Below are positions 26,160 through 38,612 of a stretch of DNA of 64,000 nt, one piece after another; the stretch's first letter is position 1, and each line of letters starts with the position of its first letter. Under the pieces are notes generated by a model, which saw only the letters and a list, made by a program, of their open reading frames with translations, was not told where the DNA came from and ran no database searches. The stretch is from Obrimoposthia wandeli (lineage: Eukaryota). The translations under genes were made by a program, and so were the position numbers. The stretch spans positions 248,001 to 312,000 of the forward strand of contig CDROCS010002546.1 of the NCBI GenBank assembly GCA_977020255.1. The letters are read 5' to 3'.

Positions 26160-26419
26160 CTGAAAATGTGATGATTAAATGAGTTAGTAATAAAAAGTTA
26201 TACAAAATGTGTAGGTTAAAATAAGACTCGTTAAGACATCAGTGTTTTTATAGAAAAAAGGTTAAATGTTTCTAAATCTTCTATAATTAGCTGCGAACTT
26301 ATTATCCATGGCTACGTTCCGTTTGACCCACATTTATCTCAAACGTAATCAATGAATTTACATATTGGTATATTTATCACAAAACATGACGCATACATCA
26401 GGGAAAACGATGGATTCTT

Positions 26420-27345
26420 ATTACACCGGAAATCTTAACACCAAAACTCTTAATCACTAGAAATGCTACAAAATGCATCAGTAAACTCTTAATGTCAAAA
26501 ATTATCAGGTTACCTTTGAATTTACGCTCTTCATGATCATCTTCTGAATAATCTATGTATCGACCTTTTGTAGTTGTTTTCAAATTCTGGATATGAGTGT
26601 CCTTTTGATTTTTTCATTCATTCACTTGAACAAGAGATTTGAGAATTGACCAACAGTGCTCAATTGAAAGTAACTCAGAAATCTTAGAAGGGTTTTTTAT
26701 TAAGAAAATATAGCGTATATGTTTCTCAGTAAACGAACTAATCCTTTATATATGCATTCTTTGAGATACATATCGCTATTCATATTTTCTAAAAGGTGGT
26801 TGGGTGAAAATTCCACTCAAATGAACTTTTTGCATTTCTTAAAATCAGACATTGACAGGGCATTTATTTTCTCTTCTGAGTAAAATCTACGGTTGTCACT
26901 AAATTGATCTCCATTAAAACTTCAGTCCACTTCATCATACATCACTAAAAATAGAGAATTCGATAGTTTGAAATCATTTCATCGCAGTATTGGTACCTTC
27001 TCTTTATTCGTTCTGTAACAGATTCACCACATTTATGAATTGGTGTTATTTTGAAATATTTAATTCTAGACCTTTTCAAGATCTTATTATTGTACGTTTA
27101 GCACACATTAAAGCGTTCAGCAGCCTTTATTTGAAAAGCTCCAATTTTGTCATTCATCAATTTTACCAAAATCGAAATGTTTTCATCAGGTATTTTCACA
27201 GCAACTTTTCATGTTCCAATTTGTTGCTTCCCTTCGGAAACTTTCTCCATAATTCGATTTATGAGGCTTATCTCTAATCCCTACAAAATGACTTAATGAC
27301 TTAATATGTATGCTTTTCCAAGGTTCAAATGTTGCTCATAAACGT
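26420..27345 (-). mobile_element. Tc1/mariner-type transposase relic
   Basis: Degenerate reading includes ...RIKYFK...DE..SFNG...NMNSDMYLKECI...NPSKISELLSIEHCWSILK, which corresponds to the N(S/V)PxLxPIE.W motif. Many stops. Confidence 0.65.
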
Positions 27346-29329
27346 TTTTCTCGACATCGTTTCTGTTGAATTGGGTTAATTGATTCATTTTGGAAATTTA
27401 TATATTAGACACAAGAATTGATGCTCAAATGTTAAAAATATTTTTTGTAAAAAATTAAATCATAAAAAAAGATTTTGTAAGTTAATATATATTTTTGGTT
27501 ATTTGCTGTTATTTAATTTGGACTGAAATTTGTCGCATTTTCTAGTGACATAACGCTATAATCTTTATTCTAATACAAAATTAAAAGGAGTAAATAAAAC
27601 TATTCATTATATTGAATAATAGTCGAAATAATTTGTTCTGCTTTATAAAAAAAATATAACTCCTCTATTGTATTTTCACAAAAATAATTTATAGCTTCCG
27701 AAAATTGAAAAGTTACCAGACTTTTGATGTTATGGATTTCGGTGTAATACTCAACCTAGAAAACAGAGCAATTTACTGTTGAGAACTAGAGAAAACTAGA
27801 CAAGCTATGAAAGTTCATCGTATAAATTTAATTTGACTGTAAGATCTGACACGATTTACAAATTTATCAGTCAAAAATTCTATAAGAGGATTGATTTAGC
27901 TTGATTTCGTTAAAACATGCCAAGTGAAAATTTTACTTCTTCAAGTAAAGCTTCTCTCAGTAAAGAAAGATTAACTAAGCAATGGCCTGGGTTACCAAGT
28001 TATATCAAGTTATGTTCATATTCTAATAACCATAGAAATATAACGACTTGAAAATCCCCCACAAACAACTTCAGATAGAGATGCAGAGCTAAAACTCAAA
28101 TGAGAAACATTTTACTGAATTTTTCAATTTCAACTTAAAAGAAATTACAAAGAAAAATTAGAAGAAAAACATTTTTTGTTGCATTTTTTTCTCGACACGG
28201 CTACAACTTTCTAGCTTACTCTAAATCTGAGAAGTTTTGGGATTTGATCAGTTTTGTCGATTCTTGTCGAACAAATGGAAACTATTTCTAAACTCATCGC
28301 ATCAGTTGTAAGCAACAAGTCACAACTTCTAATAATTCTCGACTTGGAACTGCTAGAGGGATGTCAAAATCATGACGGTGCTTTGACACAATTCTGTAAT
28401 CTTCATACAATTTATTAGTCTTGCACACGAAATTAAATTCATAGCATAACAATTCATCACTTTTTACTCACTGAAGAATTATAATGATAAAAAACTTGCT
28501 GACATCCAACTCGAGAGCTAATATATTTTCTCTAGCGAACTCTTTTGTAGGTGTGCAAGGGTCCGAGAATTGCTAAAAAGCCATATTGACAATTTACTTG
28601 TTAAACCATCAATTAGAAGTTGAAACATGTCTATTAGACTTTGAACGCGGCTTGGATGTAAAGAAGTCAATAAAACGTGTATTGGTTGAACTCGAATGGT
28701 CATCAATTATTACAGCAAAATATTTTGCAATGTTTTTCTGACTTACTGACACCATTTCATAACTTTACACAGAAAACTGGAGTTAATCTTGCACTTTATA
28801 AGACTAAGAAATATTTACTGATGCCAAAATTTGAACGTTTGTTAGAATTTCACTTTTTTTTCTTTAAATTTTAATAACTATTAACTGTTTTTCTAGAATT
28901 TAAAATATCCTAAAATTTGTGAATTATGTTACATCTAAATAAAAACTCTAATTTGTATTGAAATTGGAGGCATAGAGAAATATTCTATGATTTATCCCAG
29001 TAAATTGAGTAAAATTACACTGATTTGAGTTGAAATATTTTAAAGTTGCTTTTTTAAATTAAAATTTATTTAAAAATTTTAAATGTATCATTTTTAAATG
29101 TTTCATCGTAATAAAAACTCCTGATACTTTTATGAAATAAACATTCCTGAGTGTTGAAATTTTAAAACGTTTCGATAAATTTTATATATTTTTAATATAA
29201 ATTTTGATTTTGAATTACTTTTTTCAACTAAAAAAGAAGCCTAAAAGAAAATTATTATCAAATCGATGCAGTAATTTTTAAAACAATTTATAGCTTAGTC
29301 CCAGTAAATTAAGGCACAAAATACAATTC

Positions 29330-29985
29330 AAAATCAAAAAATACCTTTAAGAGACAGAATAAGATTTGCTGCCTCAACTGAAATGTGAATGTTTAAAAAT
29401 TGAAGATTTTCAGAACATTAAAAAGTGTTCCTCTCTAAAAAAACGTCTAAAATTAGCTAAATAACATTCAAAAAATATACCCCGGTTGCAATTGGGATAA
29501 ATTTGGATTATTGATAAAGAAGCGGTGCTTAGGTGGTCCTGATAGAATAAATTACTCTTGGCATGACTTAAGAAATGATTGACTTACAAATATCAGATGT
29601 TCATATGGTGATGGTTCAGCAATGGTTTGAGGGGTTATACGAGAATCTGTAACAAGTTATCTCGCTTTTATTAACGAAGCATTAAATTCTACAAACTAAC
29701 AATTATTATATCGAAAAATTGTCAACGATTATCATCAAAATGAAGAGTTTATGCAGGATAATGCATCGATCCATGTTTTAAAATCATCATTAGAGGTTTC
29801 GACAGAATAACTTTCAATTACTGGGTTGACCTAGCTGCTCCTCGACCTAAATCATATTGAAAATATAATCGAAGACGTGTTTCAGCAGCAGGTAAACAGT
29901 ACTCCAATCGTGCAGAACTAGAAAAAGCTATTAATCAAGAATGGAATCCATCAACCCCAGATGAAATTAGAAACTGAATCTCTGA
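29330..29985 (+). mobile_element. Tc1/Tc3-like transposase relic
   Basis: Reads GGPDRINYSWHDLRN, GDGSAMV*G, FMQDNASIH, DLNHIENI and ELEKAINQEW, with stops and frameshifts. Confidence 0.85.
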
Positions 29986-30769
29986 TGGATTGATTTTGCC
30001 ACTCCATAATGAAAAGAAGGTATAACCAAATACGAATGTAATATAATAAACGTTATAGCTATTTTATATTTATATATATCTTTAAAAGTGTTCTTATTTA
30101 GATGAAACCCGAGTATTTTGATGACAATTAATTTAAGTTCTTATTTATGCATAATAACCTTTCAGAATGTAAATAAAATTTAGTGTTAAACTTGGTTCTA
30201 AAATAAAAATATTTTAAAGAAAGTGAACCAAAATATAAGAAAAAAGTAATTGAAAAAATGACATTCTTAATTGTGTCTTTAGCTAGATGTAACAGACTAT
30301 ATATTACAAAATTACCACAGGTATTAAACATTTTTTAAAATGTCCAAAATGAACGGTTCAAAAATACAAAAAGTCAAATATATTAACAAATTAACTTAAT
30401 ATTCATCAATGAAATGTTTTCCGACATAATTTCCTCAGTGAGAATTATCCCACCTTCTTTTGTTATTTTATTTTGCTCAACTGGCGTTCCCATATTGTAA
30501 AATATATCAAGTAAAGTTCAAATTTTAGAAACAGTAAATATTTTAAGTTCCATAAAAATTGTTTGAGTTCGGAAATCTTTAAACAAATTGTACAACAGTA
30601 CACTCAGTTATTGCTGCCACGAAAATAACAGCAATAACCGGGAACCTATAAAGCAGAGTATTTGTGCCGAAATATTAAAAAATGAATTGAGAAAGAAATA
30701 AATAAAAACGAAGCTTTTACATACAACTATCATTTCTTGCAACAGTCGGTGTTGAAAAAAACATCTATG

Positions 30770-31290
30770 AAATTGTTTTTTTATAATAAAATATTGTAGC
30801 AAACTTGCTTGCTTTGAAGGTTTTTTCCTAACTTTCGTCATACGTCACCCTATAGAGCTAATTCCACGGTATATTTCTCGACGTACCTTATTGCACGCTC
30901 GAAATTGGGATCGCCGTCGATTATGTTTTGTTTGGGAATTCAAGATTACGAAACATTTCTTAAAACTGTTATAGCGTAAATTATTTTACTGTTGTATCAA
31001 TCACATATTCTCCTACGTCGACATCCTAATTGATACACAACAGCTCCTGATCAAGATTATTGAGGTCTTCAACACTATCATGAGACCAGATCAATTCTTC
31101 TACCCCTACAGTATCTTTTTCAGTTAATCTTGGGTCTAATTCATGTTCAGTTATTTTTGCTAAAATATGATTCACTTCAGCTTCCAATTCTTGATTTTTT
31201 TGTTGCACAATGTGGAAAAATATTTTTATATACAGCTCAAATGTTACTCTATGTAACATCACTCCAAGCTTCTTTGATGTTTCCAACTGC
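30770..31290 (-). mobile_element. pogo/Tigger-like transposase C-terminal relic
   Basis: The acidic segment VEDLNNLDQE, DPNFERAIRYVEKY and a terminal KQASLLQYF are typical of Tigger C-termini. Confidence 0.6.
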
Positions 31291-31378
31291 TATTAGATTT
31301 ATTGAATTTTCTTCATATGTTCACCAGATTTCTCTTTGAACCCATTTTTAAAGGGATTTCTCAAAACAAAATTACTCA

Positions 31379-31481
31379 CAGTAGAGCGCCGCTATAAAGG
31401 CACCCCTTAGGCGACAGACAATCCTACCTTTACAGTGGATGCGCCTCTGTAGTGACGTGCTTACATAGCGGCGCTCAACTG
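31379..31481. mobile_element. 103-bp pogo-type MITE or internally deleted element
   Basis: 17-bp TIRs CAGT(A/T)GAGCGCCGCTAT with 1 mismatch. The right flank is TA and the left flank is CA. Confidence 0.7.
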
Positions 31482-33847
31482 TACGTAATTTACTCTTTAC
31501 TTAAAGTGCTTCAGTTTAGTGTAAATATGGCTGCTAATTACAATCGTATTTTTGGTCCAAATCTAAATTTTGACATGTTTAATGGCATACAGGTGTTACG
31601 ATATGGCTAGTTAAAATATAAAGGTATTAATTATAAGCCGCATTAATAGAAATTGAAATAAACAGGATTTTCCTGCATACTTCTTATGCAATTTGATAAT
31701 TTATAAGATTAAAATTAACCGAAAATGGCAGATTTCTCAAATCCAAGCCAGTGGTATCAACGAGTATTAATAATCATCGGTAGGTCTCCAAATATAATAC
31801 TTAGAATATTACGCTCTATTCTATAAAGAACGTCCTAGGTATATGTATAACATAATCAAACAAAGTGATGAAAACACATATGTTGTAAGGGATAATCCTG
31901 ACACGTATGTATGGTCCAATTGTGCGTGTATCAGTTTTCAGAAGCAATCTTCTACAACTTCGTCTTTAACTTTGGATATGGTATTTACACTTACAAAAAA
32001 ACTTATTATATTGCGTGTTTTACTTAAAGTATAATTAGTATTTTAATTCCATATCCATTGCGTAAATTGTCTATTTCATATATCTGACTAACATAAATTT
32101 AACAATCATTATTTAAATTTGTGAATTTAAAAATAAATTTGTCTAAAAGATTAAAATCCTTTGAAATCCTTAAATATGAAGCTTACCGTTCTTAGCAGAA
32201 AATGTTTACATATGCTTCCTCTTGTAAAGTTGAAAAACAATAAAATTTTAAACAATGAAAACTATTGCAAAATATTGTAAAATATAGCCAATAAAATAGC
32301 TATTAAGGATAAATTACTTAAATAGAAACGAACGTTTGTACGATTAATAGGGAAAGTGAAATTCACAGATTAGATTTAGAATTTAAATATTTATTAGATT
32401 TATATGAGAAACTAATTAATTAAATAATAATTCATAAAATGAAAAAATAAATTGAAAAAGAAAGAAATATATTTAGGTAAATATACAAAAATACATTGTA
32501 TATCTAAAAATCAAACTACTTTCTATTGATTTGCATATGCTTGTTCAATTTTAAATGCGTTTTTATACTAAAGGTCTGAAATATAAAAATATTAACCATA
32601 TTTCATAAATTACAACTATGCGTAAATAAACATAAAGTAATATACAATTAAATATAAATTATAATAATTTTTTACAGTTAATAATAGTATTTTCTTTTGA
32701 ATTATTTTAAAGTTAATATTAATTATTGTAACATTTATTTATTTTACTAATAGTTTCTTTTATATTTTTATATAGAATGATAATGCATAAATTAATCATC
32801 AATTTTATAATATTAACCTATAAAATCAAAATTATTAAGATTAAAGGATAAAACTTGGGATTTTATCCTTGATAAAAACACATTATTTAAATATTTTTCT
32901 AATATTAAATACTTATAATTATTTAGATTCTGAGGGTAACAGCTGTAATTTAAAATAAAGAGATTCGATTGCATAAAATAGCTTAATATTGATAGATCAT
33001 TTCAATGCATATTTATAATTTGAAATCATTTCTTAGCTTATGTAAAATTATCTGTAATGTAGTTTTTTATTAACATGAAACTTCTCATAAATATTTAATT
33101 TTTTAAAATTTGATTAAATACTGCTTTGTAAATAAACTAATTATTTTTTAAATATAATAGCCATATGTTGTTGAAAAATCATAGGAGTGTTTTCATTTTG
33201 TTAGGGGCAGTAAGAATTTAAGATGCATTCGGAGCTATCATGATGCATTCGGATGTTAGGAGCGATAATGATTAAAATGAACAGTATATTTTGATAAATG
33301 CTAAGGGGCATTTATGTAATTATTTAAAATAATACTTTCATATATAAATTTAATATATACCAATAGAAAATTTATGAATCACCAAACTACCATGAGTTAA
33401 ATTGTTATCTGAGGAAGGTCGCTCTTTGATCTCAATAAAGCCTAAATGTGAAACGACTAATATCAGATTAGATTTTGATAAATCTGCCATTGAGGCGTCT
33501 AGATTTCAATGGAAATAAGATCAGTATACAAAAAGAGTCATATCTGCATAAAACACATAACCAACTTTGCTTCAAACTTTCAAATATTTTGAACGAAAAA
33601 GAAATGATAATCATAAATCTGATTTCTAAAATATAATTTACAAAATCTAATTCAACTTTGTTTTTAAATCGTCAACGAACTCTAATTTAGATATTTTAAT
33701 AATTTGTTAGACTTAATGTTTCAGTAATCGAACTATCGTACTTCTTGGGTGCATATTTGTCATTAAATTTCAAGCAGTATAATTTAGGTATGAAAAACAC
33801 CAATTTTTTATATTTACAACCTTCACTTTCATCCTTTATATAATAAT

Positions 33848-34192
33848 TTGTTGAATAGTATGGTAGGTAAATTTAAGGATGAAAGTGAAGGTTGTAAATA
33901 TAAAGAATGGGTGTTTTTGACACCTAAATTATACTGCTTGAAATTTAATGATCGTATAGAAAATCATAAAGCGAAAGAAATATCGAAAAATACTAAAATT
34001 CTTCATTCTGCATATGTAAATACTTTTAATAGTAGTGAAATATTAAAAGTAGAACAAGAAAACTTTAAAAGCATAAATAATCAGATTTTCACTATTGTAA
34101 ATAACAAAGTAGCATTAAGTTCAAGTGATGAAAAGCGGGATTGGTTAAGTTTAAATGAATCAAAAGCATATGGTCATTATTCTCTTTTATGA
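33848..34192 (+). pseudogene. pPolB C-terminal fragment
   Basis: Reads VGKFKDE...FLTPKLYC...KAKEISK...KVALSSSDEKR...KAYGHY. Confidence 0.88.
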
Positions 34193-34639
34193 TTAAATTT
34201 GTTGTTGTTGTTGTAGTGTACATATGAGATTTATAATGTAATTTACATAATAAATAATTGTATTTAGATGTCTTATTATTAATTTTATATATTAGATCGA
34301 ACTTTAGATTTGAATAATCATTAAATTATACGTAAATTACAATTTTATAATGAGACAATTTAAATTTATCTTACTTTGTCTTATAAGTTTATTTCATATG
34401 TTTTAAAAAAAAGAACTCATGACCATGAAAAATAATATTTTATACACAATTAAGTATGATAAAATTGTTTCCTATATAATCATGATCTAGATCATCCACT
34501 TTCAGCTCCTCTAGTTGCTCCTTTTTTGATCGCCCGTAATCCCGAATGAACCATGGCGTATAGTAGTCATAGTTGTTCCGTAATAAATATATAGTTTAAA
34601 TATTTAGTTTAAATAATATAGTTTAAAAAATTAATAAAA

Positions 34640-35110
34640 TTTTTAAAAAATTACCAGTTCGAATTTTTTAAATTCATTTGCAAAGTTTTCGTATGAGGAT
34701 TCCTCACTACTATCCATGATTGTTTTCTGTTTTCTGGATAGAGGGCCATGTTCTTCATCTAACTCACGTAAAAGGTCATTATATAATATAATTGAGTTGT
34801 CTTCTTCAACATATAATGCATTTTTGACTCTATGATTCCAATCAAGGCATTCTTCAATCCTTTTGTATTCTTCAACCCTTTCTTCTAAATCAATGAAGTT
34901 ATATTTAGATAATTTATCAATAATGCTTTCTTCGAGAGGTCCATGTTTTTACTCGATTGTCCAGAGTCCGTAAGATTCATGTATGCTGAATTCATTATAA
35001 AGTTGTTTGAAAACAGATCCTTCGAATTTTTCGTAGGTATAATTTCTTCATCATCTGAAATTAAAATAGTTTCTATACTGGAGATTTGTGGACCATATAT
35101 GATTTCCCGC
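34640..35110 (-). pseudogene. Frameshifted ORF of unknown function, cut by the Polinton terminus
   Basis: EIIYGPQISS...SDDEE shifts frame into KHGPLEESIIDKLSKYNFIDLEERVEEYKR...EEHGPLSRK. Confidence 0.35.
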
Positions 35111-35378
35111 AAGTAGTATATAGTGTCGGTACTAACTCAAATCGATAAAACTCGCACCAAATGAGGGGGCTCTGTCGCTTTGAGTTAGTCCCAACACTTT
35201 TTTAGACAGAATGTCGTTAAAATGTCTAAAAATTGTTTAAATTTGCTTAAAATGACTCAAATTGACTCAAATTTTTACTTTTTACTACAAAATCTATTTG
35301 AGTTCGTATGCGTGATTTCCAGACTTGACCAAAAAGTTTCGAAATCGCGCATACTAACTCAAGGCAATAGGTCCTTCC

Positions 35379-36046
35379 CAGGCCCAGTTCTAGAACTTTT
35401 ATGTGTGTAGGCGAGATGTATATTTGCCGCCCAAAAAAATTCAATTATTTTAAAATTGAAGAAAAATAGAAAAACAATATAACCTAAACTTAATTATGTA
35501 TATATAAATATAAATTTACTTACCTACTCAATAAAATGTTAAGATGAAATATTGATATTATGATACACTTGAACTGAATATTTCTAATTTATTACTTATA
35601 AAACTTTTTTATTATTGTTTCCTTTTCGACTTTTTAAACAAAAATGAAATATGCATACAAAAGAACGCAATATTTTTACAGTATAAACTTGGTATTTAAA
35701 TCGCGGAAAAGTCACCGCCACCTAAGCAAAAAATTCAAATTTCAAAAGCAAGAAAACCAATCATTTTAAAAGCAAGAAAACCAATAAACCTAGATGGCAT
35801 TGTAATCAACGCCATCTAGTATACGCTAGAGCTAAATAGATAATTTCATACTTAATAAACAGGAAACATAGTTACTGCAAAACAAACGAAAAATGCGAAA
35901 ACATAACGAAAAATTTAAAATTTTACATGGATTTTGAAATTTATTTCGTTTCGTTTTGAAAAAGTATCAAAAATAAAATTAAGAAAATGCCTCCCTAAAA
36001 AATTTCGGAAAAGTGCCGACGTCGCCTACGCCTAGAACCGGGCCTG
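35379..36046. mobile_element. 668-bp non-autonomous hAT element
   Basis: 15-bp TIRs CAGGCCC(A/G)GTTCTAG and a perfect 8-bp TSD GTCCTTCC at 35371-35378 and 36047-36054. Confidence 0.92.
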
Positions 36047-36377
36047 GTCCTTCCCCGAGGAGTACCTTTAACTACAAAACCATATTGGTGTTGTATGTGT
36101 GATTTCAAGATCATTTTCAAATATGGCGCTAAATATCTTACTGTTATTTTTATTTAATGTCATCATTTATACACACACTCATTCACTTGTATATATTAAT
36201 ACAACTTTTGTCTTTATTCAATTTATTTCTTATATAGAATTATTTTGATTAGTTGACCAATTATATTGAAAAGTTTTTTTAAAAGCATTTCATCATTATG
36301 ACTAAGTACTTTGGATATGTTATGTGCTCTTCGCACCAACTTTAAAGAAAATTTTCAATATCATTACCATCAAAGTA

Positions 36378-36850
36378 TCATAGTAAGAAATGACCGTAAT
36401 CAAGGCTTTTATTCTTACTAACCCATCTTCTTTTATCGTCAAAACATTTTAAAGCAACTTTAGAGGTAAATGTTGTATGAAGCTGATGGTTTACCGATGC
36501 TATACATGACTGGTTAACACTAATAATTTCTTCATTTTCCTAACAATTGAGGTAGTGTTGATGTCTAAAGTTAGTTTGTTTTAAAGAAATACCCTTAGCC
36601 CTTAATTTATTTTGAAGTGAATAACATTTTGGTTTTAAGAAACCCATTCATTATAATCAGTATCCTGACTTTCATATTAAAATTTTCCAATTACAGCTTT
36701 GAAGTTTTCTGAATACAAGGGATGTGTTTTAGGATAATTACTCGTATCTCAATACCCATCCTTAATCATTTCTTTGAATAATTTCTCCTTATTAATATTC
36801 ACACATTCAAGGAAAAAATAATCTGTGTCCATAGCTACAATTCTAATTCT
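36378..36850 (-). pseudogene. Inverted pPolB C-terminal fragment
   Basis: Minus strand reads IVAMDTD...HPLYSE...GKF...KVALKCFDDK...YGHF. It is a paralog of 38140-38612. Confidence 0.85.
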
Positions 36851-38612
36851 ACAATTAAAAGTTTTTACAACTACTAATCTTGAAAGATTGGTTAGTTATC
36901 TTCCAAGTTCACCGTATACATCAAGATATTTTAGTACTGCTTTGATATCTAGTAAAGGTGTTTTTCCCTATGAATATATTTCCAGTGAATCTAAGTTGTA
37001 TGAAGATAGATTACCTCCAAAATGTGAATTTCCTGATAGTGTTACAGAGGATAAATATAATTTAGCTCATACAATGTGAACAAAACTAGCTTGCATTAAT
37101 ATTAAAAACTATATGATGGAATATATGCGTCTTGATGTATACTTACTTTGTGATGTATTTGAGACTTTTAGACAGAAAGTTAGATCTGATGATAATCTTG
37201 AGGCTCTTAATTTCTTTAGTATTCCTGGTCTTAGCTGGTGTAGTACAGTAAAATCATTAAAACATTAAGTAGAATTGTTACATGATCCAGAAATGTTTAA
37301 TCTATTTGAAGCAGGTATTAGAGGAGGTATGACTTTTGTTAATAAACATTATTGTAAGTCCGATGATAATACATCACTGCTCTATATAGATGTGAATAAC
37401 TTATACGGATGGGCTTTAAGTCAACCTTTACCACATATGGAATTTAAATGGGTGCATGATAAACTTGATTATATTTTGAATTTAGTTGGAAGTAAAAAGG
37501 ATTTAAGTAAAACCGTATGGGGTTTTCTTGTTGAAGTAGATTTACATATTCCGGATCGTATACATGATAAAGTTGATGACTTACCTGTTGGACCATATAA
37601 GATGTGTTCACCAAACTCGAAAACTTCTAAATTACTTTTAACACATAATGATAAAGAACATTATGTAATACATTTCCATTTACTACAATTCTATGTTTCT
37701 CTTGGTGCTGAAATCTTAAATATTCATAGGGCTATTCGGTTTAGACAAGCACCTGTTTTAAAACAATATATATTTTAATTCAAACAAGCGAGCACCTAGT
37801 GTTAATAAGTTTGAATATGAGTTTTACAAATTAAAAAATAATTCCGTTTACGGTAAAACGGTTGAGAATCTTAAGAGACGACTTGATATTAGATTATGTA
37901 ATAATGATAAAAGGTTTGAAAAATTAGTTTCAAGTCCTAAATAATAATTGTAAATAATTGCTTTAAACATCATACTCAAATAAATGATGATTTAAATTTA
38001 GTTTTTATTCAGAATCAGGAAATATGTTTAGACCGGCCTTCATATATCGGGCAAGCTGTACTTGATCTATCTAAATTACGAAAGTATCAATTATAATATG
38101 TTGAGCTTGAACAGTATAGGCATACTTTTAAATGTAGTATTAGAATTGTAGCTATGGACACAGATTCTTTTTTCCTTGAATGTGTGAATATTAATAAGGA
38201 TAAATTACTCAAAGAAATGATTAAGGATGGGTATTGAGATACGAGTAATTATCCTAAAACACATCCCTTGTATTCAGAAAACTTTAAAGCTGTAATTGGA
38301 AAATTTAAATATGAAAGTCAGGATACTGATTATAATGAATGGGTTTTCTTAAAACCAAAATGTTATTCACTTCAAAATAAATTAAGGGCTAAGGGTATTT
38401 CTTTAAAACAAACTAACTTAAGACATCAACACTACCTCAATTGTTAGGAAAATGAAGAAATTATAAGTGTTAACCAGTCACGTATAGCATTGGTTAACCA
38501 TCAGCTTCATACAACATTTACCTCTAAAGTTGCTTTAAAATGTTTTGACGATAAAATGAGATGGGTTAGTAAGAATAAAAGCCTTGCTTACGGTCATTTT
38601 AATTTAACTTAA
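36850..38612 (+). pseudogene. Protein-primed DNA polymerase B, central and C-terminal region
   Basis: Reads KGVFPYEY, LDVYLLCDVFE, GIRGG, YIDVNNLYG (motif A), KLKNNSVYGK (motif B), MDTDS (motif C) and YGHF. Multiple stops and frameshifts. Confidence 0.93.

Noticed and set aside
28200-28760. Possible PP2C-like or other host pseudogene on the minus strand (KYFAVIIDDHSS)
   Set aside because: It is one short motif resemblance among many stops, which is not enough to support a call.
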